Origin: Candidatus Nitrosotenuis sp.
GTDB lineage: Archaea > Thermoproteota > Nitrososphaeria > Nitrososphaerales > Nitrosopumilaceae
Direction: 5' to 3'
DNA length: 32,000 nucleotides
Assembly: GCA_049276655.1 (NCBI GenBank)
Contig: JBASWV010000010.1
Coordinates: forward strand, 61,757 to 93,756
Part shown: piece by piece, positions 8,142 to 15,674 of the stretch
Layout: each line of letters begins with the position of its first letter
How positions within the stretch are numbered: the stretch's first letter is position 1
The notes under the pieces: model-generated
The model's input: the letters and a program-made list of their open reading frames with translations, nothing else
Databases searched by the model: none
Told to the model about the DNA's origin: nothing
Translations under genes and position numbers: made by a program

Positions 8142-8624
8142 ATGCTTGTCCTTGTGCGAATCCAGATGAAAAAATCAAACATCTACGCTCCGGGAAACAG
8201 GCGCAAAATCAACAAAAACTGGTTCACAAACGCAGTCCACATGAAGGAGATCTCGTCCACCATAAAATCAAAAGAGCAGAACATCTACCATGTTTATTTT
8301 GACAAAGGCGCAAAGACAAAACTCCATTCACACAACGGAAATCAAATCCTGATCATAACAAAAGGAAAAGGCAGTCTCGAGACATTCAAAAAACTCGGAC
8401 GTGACAAATCGACCTTTGGGATAAAAAGAACAAAGACGATCCAGCTAAGAAATGGCGATATCGCATACATCCCAAAAAATACACTGCACACCCATGGTTC
8501 TGCCAATCCAAGGCAGACGTTTTCACACATTGCAATAAACATTCTTCCAAGGAAAAACACCGAGTACAAGACCGTCTGGTACGAGTCCGATTTTAAGACC
8601 AAGACATCCGGAATCATAAGGTGA
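8142..8624 (+). CDS. Cupin-domain protein
   Basis: Cupin motif 1-like H-S-H-x-G-x-Q-I-L-I-I-x-x-G-x-G and motif 2-like G-D-I-A-Y-I-P-x-N-x-x-H-x-H-G. An alternative start is the ATG at 8166. Confidence 0.75.
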   Translation: MLVLVRIQMKKSNIYAPGNRRKINKNWFTNAVHMKEISSTIKSKEQNIYHVYFDKGAKTKLHSHNGNQILIITKGKGSLETFKKLGRDKSTFGIKRTKTIQLRNGDIAYIPKNTLHTHGSANPRQTFSHIAINILPRKNTEYKTVWYESDFKTKTSGIIR

Positions 8625-8660
8625 GCAGATCTTAAATCCGATCTCTGCATACAAAAACCG

Positions 8661-9071
8661 TTGAAGGCACTCGGGCTTTTTCTGTGCGCATTACTCGCGT
8701 TCACAATACTGGTAGATGTAACTTGGGCAGAGCCAAAAACCGGCCAACAAAAGACAAAGCACCAAGTCAAAAAGGACATAAAGGAAATTAAAAGCCCCGG
8801 CGAGGACAGGTCGGTAAAAATAACCTCGATAAAAAAATCAAGGACACTTTCCATCGTACATATAGTGGGACTCGAAGTCTGCGCCGGAAGAGAAAAGCTC
8901 TACTCCCCTGAGCTGGACCTAAAGTCAGACAGAGAATCTATAACCGTCAAGGTCTCGGGATTAATAATGCCAAAGATGTGCAAGAGCGCCGAGTTTTTCA
9001 TACGTGCAGGCGATCCGGATACAATCACGGCAAGTTTTTCAAAGCCCATCTACTATGTCCAAAGACAATGA
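8661..9071 (+). CDS. Secreted hypothetical protein
   Basis: TTG start and a signal-peptide-like N-terminus (KALGLFLCALLAFTILVDVTWA). ATGA overlap with the downstream nuclease gene. Confidence 0.5.
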   Translation: MKALGLFLCALLAFTILVDVTWAEPKTGQQKTKHQVKKDIKEIKSPGEDRSVKITSIKKSRTLSIVHIVGLEVCAGREKLYSPELDLKSDRESITVKVSGLIMPKMCKSAEFFIRAGDPDTITASFSKPIYYVQRQ

Positions 9072-9682
9072 AACTTGCAGCAATCTTGTTAGTATTGGTT
9101 CTGGCGCTTCCGCTTTTTGGTGTGGCCTCTGCGCATATTGACGGCTGCCACAGCAGGCACAGCTGTCCCTCTGATACTGGAAGCTACCAGTGCGGCGACA
9201 AGGGATATTGTGCAGAATGTTCCGACAACAACTACTGCAAGGCGCAAAAGCCGCTATCAAAAATCCAGATTGGCGCAGTCAAGGCCATGCCAAAAAAACA
9301 AACTGCAGAAACGCCTGGCTGTATCGGAAAGACGCTCTGCATAACCGGCAAGGTAAAAAGCATAATTGATGGCGACACACTAAAAATAGACACCTACAAG
9401 GTACGGCTCTCACTTGTAAACACCCCAGAAGCAGGGCAAAATGGATATGCGCAGGCGAAAAGCTTCACAAAACGCCTCTGTCCAGTAGGATCTGCCGTAA
9501 CAGTAGACCAGGACGACAAGCAGCCATTTGATAGATTCAAAAGGCTGGTGGGCAAAGTCTACTGCGCTGACAAACTGCTAAACTATGAATTGCTCTCAAA
9601 AAATCACGCCGTCATCTTACAAAAATACTGCAAGACAAGCGAGTTTTCCTCAGAATTCTGGGCGGCAAAATTCGGCTGCTGA
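9068..9682 (+). CDS. Secreted staphylococcal-nuclease-like (SNase/thermonuclease) protein with a Cys/His-rich N-terminal module
   Basis: The start was moved to the ATG at 9068 (MKLAAILLVLVLALPLFGVASA signal peptide). The SNase-like core is GKVKSIIDGDTLKIDTYKVRLSLVNTPE ... RLVGKVY. It is preceded by HIDGCHSRHSCPSDTGSYQCGDKGYCAECSDNNYC. Confidence 0.8.
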   Translation: MKLAAILLVLVLALPLFGVASAHIDGCHSRHSCPSDTGSYQCGDKGYCAECSDNNYCKAQKPLSKIQIGAVKAMPKKQTAETPGCIGKTLCITGKVKSIIDGDTLKIDTYKVRLSLVNTPEAGQNGYAQAKSFTKRLCPVGSAVTVDQDDKQPFDRFKRLVGKVYCADKLLNYELLSKNHAVILQKYCKTSEFSSEFWAAKFGC

Positions 9683-9698
9683 TTTTCTGATCAGAAAA
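9683..9698. terminator. Perfect 16-nt palindrome immediately after the nuclease stop codon
   Basis: TTTTCTGATCAGAAAA at 9683-9698 directly follows the TGA. It could be a hairpin or terminator, or a binding site. Confidence 0.3.
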
Positions 9699-9791
9699 AC
9701 CCACAATTAACCAAAACTCGTTAACCCAATTCACTAATAATTTAATCTAAGAGCTTATCAACAAGGAACCATCAGCTGACTTGGAACAACA

Positions 9792-12700
9792 ATGAAACGT
9801 ATTGCCCTGTCGGCGTTTTTCATAGCTTTTATTTTAGCATCTGTAAACTATGCAAGCGCGGCAACCATATCTGATCCACTGTCTGGCGTCACTGCGACTG
9901 CGGTTTCGCCTACCCAGGTAAACGTTTTTTGGTCGGCACCGCAAAACGACGGGGGCTCGCCAATCATAAACTACAAAATTGAATACAAAGTAGGCAGCGG
10001 CGCTTACACGGTTTTGGTGCAAAGTACCACCAATACATTTTATTCACATACAGGCCTTACGACAGGACAGTCATACTCTTACAAGGTATATGCGGTAAAC
10101 TCTATTGGCACAAGCGCGGCCTCATCCGAAGTTACTGCAACGCCTACATCGTCATCTGCTGGAACAAATCCTGGCATCCCAACTAATGTGGCCGCATACG
10201 CGACATCGCCTACCCAGATAAGCCTCTACTGGTCCGCCCCTGCAAACAACGGCGGTTACCAAATAACCGGATACCGAATCGACTACAAGGTCGGCTCAGG
10301 GACATACTCTACTTTGGTATCAAACACGCAGAGCACGACTATCAGCTACACCCACACAGGCCTGACGACAAACCAGTTCTATTTCTACCGCGTATATGCA
10401 ATCACACAATTTGGAACAAGCGAGCCGTCCGCCGAAGCATATGCGCAACCGCAATCAACATCTTCTCTTACGGTTCCTGGCGCCCCGACAAACCTTTCTG
10501 CGACTGCGACATCGCCTACCCAAATTAATCTCTCTTGGACTGCGCCATCAAACAACGGCGGTTCGCCTATCACTGGATACAAAATAGAATCCAAGTCCGG
10601 GACAGGCTCTTACACTACAATAGTCTCAAACACCGGCACCACATCAACCACATACTCACACGCCGGCCTTGTCACCGGCACCACATACACGTACAAAGTC
10701 TCCGCAATATCTTCTGCCGGAACAGGGGCAGCATCAAACGAGGCCTCTGCAACGCCGACATCTTCATCATCGCTTACCGTGCCTGGCGCACCGACAGGTC
10801 TTGTCGCAACACAGGCCTCGTCCACTCAGATAAGTCTCTCTTGGACTGCGCCATCAAACAACGGCGGTTCGCCTATCACTGGATACAAAATAGAGTACAA
10901 AATAGGCTCCGGCTCTTACACTACAATAGTCTCAAACACCGGCACCACATCAACCACATACTCACACACAGGACTGACGGCAGGCCAGGTCTACACGTAC
11001 CGCGTATCCGCAATAAACGCAATTGGAACCGGCTCTGCGTCGCCTGAGGCCACACCCGGCTCGTCATCGTCATCCAGTCCTCCTGGCGCCCCGACAGGCC
11101 TTACTGCTACTGCCGCATCGCCAACGCAGGTAAATCTCTCCTGGACCGCACCCTCTTCTGGAGGAGTTCCAACCGGCTATAAAATCGAGGCAAAAAAGGG
11201 CACTGGCGCATATGAGATAGTGGTTGCCAACACGCAAAGCACTGCGACCTCGTTTGCTCACACTGGTCTGACTACCGGCACCACCTACTACTATAGGGTC
11301 TCTGCGATAAACTCTGCCGGAACAAGCTCGCCAAGTGAGGCCTCTGCCACACCAAAGGAGACTACAAACCCGACGCTTACTGCGACCGCTGTATCCCCCA
11401 CATCGATTATGCTTTCATGGGTTCCGCCGTCGCAGACATACAAACAGTCCATCACCGGCTACAAAATTGAAGAGAAAGTAGCCCAAGACACATTCCAGAC
11501 TATAGTCGACAACACAAACTCTGCCGGAACGTCACATACCATCACAGGCCTTACCACAGGCCAGGCCCACACATATGTCGTTTCTGCATATTTCAGCTTG
11601 GGTGCCAGTCCAAGATCCAATGAGGCCTCTGCCACACCACTGACTACGTCGACGCCGCCCGCATCACAGCCGGCAATGACTGCCCCTGGCGCCCCGACAG
11701 GCCTTACTGCTACTGCCGCATCGCCAACGCAGGTAACCCTCTCCTGGTCTGCGCCATCAAGCACCGGCGGCTCTGCCATAACTGGATATAAAATCGAGGC
11801 CAAAAAAGGCACAGGCCCATACGAAACAGTAACGTCGAGCACGCAAAACTCTACTACAAAATACTCGCACACAAACCTTACCACTGATATAACCTACACA
11901 TATCGGATCTATGCGATAAACTCCGTCGGAATAAGCCAAGCATCGTCAGAGGCCTCGTCAACTCCAAAACTGTCTACGTCTCCGCCACCATCAACTGTAT
12001 CTCTGCCTGGCTCGCCGGCTCTTTCGGCCAATTTGGTCTCGCCAACGCAGATAAACCTCTCCTGGTCTGCGCCATCTACTGGCGGCACTCCGACAAGCTA
12101 CAAAATAGAGTACAAGGTAGGCGCGGGTCAATACCTGACACTTGCAAAAAGCACAACTGGCACAACATACTCGCATACCGGCCTGCTGGAAAACACATAC
12201 TCTTACAGGGTTTACGCGATAAACTCTGCCGGCACAGGCGCTCCATCAAACGAGGTGTCTCTGAAAACCGTACAAGACCAGCCAGAGCCGACGCCAAAAC
12301 CAGACGAGTCAAAATGCGGCCCAGGAACCGTCCTTAACTCACAAGGGGTATGCGTTCTTGCAGAATCCGAGCCGGAGCCAGAACCTGAACCGGAGCCAGA
12401 ACCAGAGCCGGAGCCGGCACCTGTGCAGACTGGTCCAAAAAAGACACACATTCCGGGATTTCCAGATCCGAACAAAGATCCTCAATACTATATCAACAGA
12501 TACAACTCTGAATCGGAATATCGCGCATGGTTTGACAGAAACTTTCCAGACCAGACAATCTACGAGATAGTCGGAGTGGCAGAGCCAGAGCCGCAGAAAA
12601 TAACCTGTGGCGAGGGAACCCGACTTGAGGGAGGCATCTGCGTACTAGATGAAACAAAGCAGCAGTTCGGAGGCTGCCTTGTGGCAACTGCCGCTTTTGG

Positions 12701-13040
12701 AACAGAGCTTGCGCCGCAGGTGCAGCAGCTCAGAGAGTTACGACAAAACACTCTGCTTGGAACAAGTTCCGGTACTGCGTTTATGGAAATGTTCAACGGA
12801 GTGTACTATTCGTTTTCGCCAACAATTGCAGATTGGGAAAGACAGAGTCCGGCATTCAAACAGGCAGTGAGAGCAACCATCACGCCGATGCTTTACACGC
12901 TTTCAATTCTTAATTATGTAGATATCGACTCTGAGCAGGAAATGCTCGGATATGGAATTGGAATAATCCTACTCAACTCGGGAATCTATCTTGGCATTCC
13001 GGCGGTATCTGTTTTGCTTATCCGAAAAGCCCTGAGATGA
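9792..13040 (+). CDS. Large secreted surface protein: signal peptide, 8 FN3 repeats, PE-rich linker, two Cys loops and a C-terminal Cys-initiated membrane-anchor module
   Basis: 1082 aa. The signal peptide is MKRIALSAFFIAFILASVNYASA. There are eight units of about 100 aa with the FN3 signature (SPTQ[IV]xLSW..P..(N)GGSPITGYKIEYK......Y.HTGLT.G..Y.YRV.A.N..G.). These are followed by (EP)7 and a C-terminal GGCLVATAAFGTELAPQVQ... module with a terminal TM helix. Confidence 0.9.
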   Translation: MKRIALSAFFIAFILASVNYASAATISDPLSGVTATAVSPTQVNVFWSAPQNDGGSPIINYKIEYKVGSGAYTVLVQSTTNTFYSHTGLTTGQSYSYKVYAVNSIGTSAASSEVTATPTSSSAGTNPGIPTNVAAYATSPTQISLYWSAPANNGGYQITGYRIDYKVGSGTYSTLVSNTQSTTISYTHTGLTTNQFYFYRVYAITQFGTSEPSAEAYAQPQSTSSLTVPGAPTNLSATATSPTQINLSWTAPSNNGGSPITGYKIESKSGTGSYTTIVSNTGTTSTTYSHAGLVTGTTYTYKVSAISSAGTGAASNEASATPTSSSSLTVPGAPTGLVATQASSTQISLSWTAPSNNGGSPITGYKIEYKIGSGSYTTIVSNTGTTSTTYSHTGLTAGQVYTYRVSAINAIGTGSASPEATPGSSSSSSPPGAPTGLTATAASPTQVNLSWTAPSSGGVPTGYKIEAKKGTGAYEIVVANTQSTATSFAHTGLTTGTTYYYRVSAINSAGTSSPSEASATPKETTNPTLTATAVSPTSIMLSWVPPSQTYKQSITGYKIEEKVAQDTFQTIVDNTNSAGTSHTITGLTTGQAHTYVVSAYFSLGASPRSNEASATPLTTSTPPASQPAMTAPGAPTGLTATAASPTQVTLSWSAPSSTGGSAITGYKIEAKKGTGPYETVTSSTQNSTTKYSHTNLTTDITYTYRIYAINSVGISQASSEASSTPKLSTSPPPSTVSLPGSPALSANLVSPTQINLSWSAPSTGGTPTSYKIEYKVGAGQYLTLAKSTTGTTYSHTGLLENTYSYRVYAINSAGTGAPSNEVSLKTVQDQPEPTPKPDESKCGPGTVLNSQGVCVLAESEPEPEPEPEPEPEPEPAPVQTGPKKTHIPGFPDPNKDPQYYINRYNSESEYRAWFDRNFPDQTIYEIVGVAEPEPQKITCGEGTRLEGGICVLDETKQQFGGCLVATAAFGTELAPQVQQLRELRQNTLLGTSSGTAFMEMFNGVYYSFSPTIADWERQSPAFKQAVRATITPMLYTLSILNYVDIDSEQEMLGYGIGIILLNSGIYLGIPAVSVLLIRKALR
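9861..12270 (+). repeat. Tandem array of 8 FN3-encoding units of about 300 bp, with homogenised tracts
   Basis: Exact nucleotide identities were read off the sequence. 10529-10588 equals 10835-10894 (60 nt) and 10605-10661 equals 10911-10967 (57 nt), both at a 306-nt offset. 11082-11133 equals 11685-11736 (52 nt) at a 603-nt offset. Confidence 0.85.
12369..12410 (+). repeat. (Glu-Pro)7 dipeptide repeat / GAR-CCN hexanucleotide microsatellite
   Basis: gagccggagccagaacctgaaccggagccagaaccagagccg encodes EPEPEPEPEPEPEP inside the FN3 protein. Confidence 0.9.
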
Positions 13041-13066
13041 TTTTTCCGTTTTGGAACCAAAAACAT

Positions 13067-13092
13067 CCTGCAAATGCAGGCATTGTTTTTTT
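13067..13092 (+). terminator. Hairpin plus T7 tract downstream of the FN3 gene
   Basis: CCTGC-AAAT-GCAGG hairpin at 13067-13080, followed by the T7 run at 13086-13092, about 27 nt after the stop codon. Oligo-T tracts are the usual archaeal termination signal. Confidence 0.4.
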
Positions 13093-13202
13093 ACCATGAC
13101 AGTTTAGAACCAGTGTGCTGCTGGCGCTAACGATTTTTGCCCTATTGCTCGCCTGTCCTTTCAAGTGTCGAGGGTTCGCTAAACAGCTTTACTGCCACCA
13201 CC

Positions 13203-13423
13203 ATGGCATCCAAGGCGGAGATCGATAAGGCCTGGACCTCTTTCTGGACTGCAAAAAATACCTAAACGACGCAGAGCTTGCCCAGGGCGACGCCGACTTG
13301 TTGTTCTATAACTCCTCCTACCGGGAATCTTTTTACAAGTCATCGCTGGACACCGCAAAAAAGGCCGAAGTAAAACTATTCCAGGTAAAGGCATATCTAA
13401 AAAAGGTAAAGGCCCTGCAATGA
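13203..13423 (+). pseudogene. Small helical protein gene apparently disrupted by a 1-nt frameshift
   Basis: The frame from ATG 13203 (MASKAEIDKAWTSFWTAKNT*) stops at 13263. A second frame, open from 13229 to TGA 13421-13423, encodes ..LDLFLDCKKYLNDAELAQGDADLLFYNSSYRESFYKSSLDTAKKAEVKLFQVKAYLKKVKALQ without a start codon. Adding one G at the GG run 13234-13235 joins them as ...IDKAWDLFLDCKKY.... Confidence 0.3.
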
Positions 13424-13563
13424 AATGCTCTGAGCTCAAAAAACTGGTTGAGGAATACAAACTGCTCAAGCGCAGGCCACACCATCACAACGCGCAGCAG
13501 CGACTAGGTGAAATAGAACGCAGGTACTATCATGAAACTGGCGAGTCACTGGCAGAACCATGA
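13420..13563 (+). CDS. Hypothetical micro-protein (47 aa)
   Basis: Hand translation: MKCSELKKLVEEYKLLKRRPHHHNAQQRLGEIERRYYHETGESLAEP. ATGA overlap with the preceding disrupted frame. Confidence 0.35.
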   Translation: MKCSELKKLVEEYKLLKRRPHHHNAQQRLGEIERRYYHETGESLAEP

Positions 13564-13611
13564 TAAAAATAATGACAACTTTCAAAAACCCCGTAAAGTC
13601 CCAACCAATAC

Positions 13612-14385
13612 ATGCGCACGTTTCATATCATCGGGCTTGCAATAATTGGAGTCGTCATACTCTACTACATATTCGGCGCGTTTGTGCTCCAACAACAAGC
13701 AGTAAACAAACAGTCGGTGTACGTGCACCTGCAGCAGGAATGGAAAAGCTATCCAAGAAACATCGTGTACGACATTACAAATGTCTGGTCGCAAACCGAC
13801 TCTGAACAGCTCAACACACAGGCAAGGCTGCAGATGACAAAGGAGACAAACGTCGATGAGCTGAGGTACATGCACGGAAAATCCTACATCCTAATCCAGC
13901 ACGACAACACGAACTGCCGCGACGCCTGGGAACCGCACTATGCAAGGTTTGGAGCAGACGTCATACGCCATCAAATAGAATACCTAAGCGGCCTGCAAAA
14001 AAGCCCAGACCCAAACATAACTCTGTACACGCCAATCAAAAGCAAGCAGGACGAAAAAGAACACGAATCGCAAATCAAGACAGGATACTCGCAGTTCATC
14101 CCAATATGCACGGAAAAGGAGATAACGTCATTTGATTATGCGGTAAGGATAAACGACAATACCGTTGGATTTGACGTCTATTTCGTGCCGTCCACCCAAG
14201 AACAGGAAAACTTTGATCAGGGCAGCGAAAAGTTCCAATACTATGACGGCTGCTTTGGCAAAAACTATGCGAGCTTTTCTGGAACATGCAACGATGTGGC
14301 CAAGGGATCTGGACTGCTGGTGATAGTACCTGATAATCTCAGCGTCCCGCTTACGAAATTCGACGTATGGCTGTACGAAAAATAA
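13612..14385 (+). CDS. Membrane-anchored hypothetical protein
   Basis: 257 aa with an N-terminal TM helix (FHIIGLAIIGVVILYYIFGAFVL) and a large extracytoplasmic domain. No recognised motif. Confidence 0.6.
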   Translation: MRTFHIIGLAIIGVVILYYIFGAFVLQQQAVNKQSVYVHLQQEWKSYPRNIVYDITNVWSQTDSEQLNTQARLQMTKETNVDELRYMHGKSYILIQHDNTNCRDAWEPHYARFGADVIRHQIEYLSGLQKSPDPNITLYTPIKSKQDEKEHESQIKTGYSQFIPICTEKEITSFDYAVRINDNTVGFDVYFVPSTQEQENFDQGSEKFQYYDGCFGKNYASFSGTCNDVAKGSGLLVIVPDNLSVPLTKFDVWLYEK

Positions 14386-14426
14386 TCTGGAAAATCGTTT
14401 TAATTTAGGAAATGCATAGCTAATCC

Positions 14427-14888
14427 ATGAAAGCCACCTTTGGCGCAGGCTGTTTTTGGTGCGTAGAAGACATATTTCAAAAGACAAAAGGCGTCACAAA
14501 CACGACGGTCGGATACAGCGGAGGCTGGATGGAAAACCCAACATATAAGGACGTCTGCACAGACACCACGGGACATGCAGAGGTGGTCCAAGTAGAGTAC
14601 GATCCGAAAACGATATCGTACGAGGATCTTCTTGACGTTTTTTGGAGCTCACACGACCCGACCCAGCTCAACAGGCAGGGCCCAGACGTCGGGGTGCAGT
14701 ACCGCTCGGCAATATTTTACCACGACTCTGAGCAAGAAAAAACAGCAATAGGATCAAAGGAAAGGCTGGAAAAATCAGGCAAGTTTGCAAGACCGATAGT
14801 AACTGAAATCAAGCCTGCACAGGAATTCTACAAGGCAGAAGACTATCACCAACAATATTACGCCAAGTGCGGAATTGCGCGATACTGA
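14427..14888 (+). CDS. msrA: Peptide-methionine (S)-S-oxide reductase MsrA
   Basis: Catalytic GAGCFWC motif at the N-terminus, plus the blocks [16 protein letters not shown] and [14 protein letters not shown]. Confidence 0.93.
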   Translation: MKATFGAGCFWCVEDIFQKTKGVTNTTVGYSGGWMENPTYKDVCTDTTGHAEVVQVEYDPKTISYEDLLDVFWSSHDPTQLNRQGPDVGVQYRSAIFYHDSEQEKTAIGSKERLEKSGKFARPIVTEIKPAQEFYKAEDYHQQYYAKCGIARY

Positions 14889-15093
14889 GGATGATTTCTT
14901 CGTTTATCTTTTATACAAAATGTTGCAAATGAACCCAGTAGATGGGATTAATGCCGGACCTGGCGAGAGAAACTCGCCAAACCCATCTGCCAAATAAAAA
15001 AGAAAAAAGCTAAATGTCAAAATTTTTTGCATGCATTTCCATTTTTGGTTCCGATTCACAGGTTTATAATTAAAAAACACTAATCAATCTTAG

Positions 15094-15216
15094 TTGAAAT
15101 GCAGAAACTGTGGCAAGGCATTTGTAAACAGGGCTTCGAATTATTGCTCAACAGGCTGTGCACTGGAATACATGGACAGGCACAAGCAAGAAGACGATGA
15201 TTTATCAATCCGATGA
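15094..15216 (+). CDS. TRASH/FCS-like zinc-binding micro-protein (40 aa, TTG start)
   Basis: Hand translation: (M)KCRNCGKAFVNRASNYCSTGCALEYMDRHKQEDDDLSIR, with the pattern Cx2C-x11-Cx3C. The TTG follows an in-frame TAG directly, and the ORF ends 12 nt before the next gene. Confidence 0.4.
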   Translation: MKCRNCGKAFVNRASNYCSTGCALEYMDRHKQEDDDLSIR

Positions 15217-15228
15217 TTAATTCCAAAT

Positions 15229-15612
15229 ATGATGTATCTGGTCGCAGCCATTGCGTTGTTGATGGCAGGCTATGCAGTTGTAGACTCGCCAGTACAGGTA
15301 GGTAGTTCTCCGGCAAAATCCGTCGAGATTGGAAAACAGATACAGATAGCAGCCGACTTGCAAAACAACCAAGACTTTGAGCAGGACTTTGCATACATTG
15401 TTCAGATCCAAGACGAAAACGGCGTAGCCGTCTCGCTTGCGTGGCTGACAGGCGTTCTGGAGCCGGCACAATCGTTTTCGCCTGCAATATCATGGATTCC
15501 AACCAAGGCCGGAAAATACGAGGCCACAATATTTGTCTGGGAAAGCATCAACAACCCGTCAGCACTATCTCCGACACTTTTACTAAAAATCAACGTCGGG
15601 CAGTCTGCATAG
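15229..15612 (+). CDS. Secreted or membrane-anchored hypothetical protein
   Basis: 127 aa with a hydrophobic N-terminus (MMYLVAAIALLMAGYAV) and a beta-rich remainder. Confidence 0.55.
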   Translation: MMYLVAAIALLMAGYAVVDSPVQVGSSPAKSVEIGKQIQIAADLQNNQDFEQDFAYIVQIQDENGVAVSLAWLTGVLEPAQSFSPAISWIPTKAGKYEATIFVWESINNPSALSPTLLLKINVGQSA

Positions 15613-15674
15613 TTTTTGCCGGGTTCTTCGCTGCAATCCCTATAGTTATTAACATACAAGTGGTGGCTACAAAA

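Noticed and set aside
8342-8854. 170-aa minus-strand ORF
   Set aside because: It lies antisense to the cupin gene and to the secreted-protein gene, whose own frames show recognisable motifs or a signal peptide.
9861-12270. Whether the periodic repeats of about 300 bp could be a CRISPR-like or other non-coding array
   Set aside because: The units are about 300 bp, lie in-frame inside one long ORF and encode canonical FN3 domains. There is no short repeat/spacer organisation.
9834-12870. Many ORFs of 60-170 aa on both strands inside the FN3 gene (for example 10535-11047 plus strand, 11459-11884 minus strand, 12212-12475 minus strand with a GSGSGS run)
   Set aside because: These frames are kept open by the repetitive, compositionally biased FN3 and (EP)n coding sequence. 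The GS repeat is simply the reverse complement of the PE repeat.
13179-13469. 96-aa minus-strand ORF
   Set aside because: It lies antisense to plus-strand frames with much better helical coding character, and its translation is Arg/Pro/Ser-rich and start-poor.
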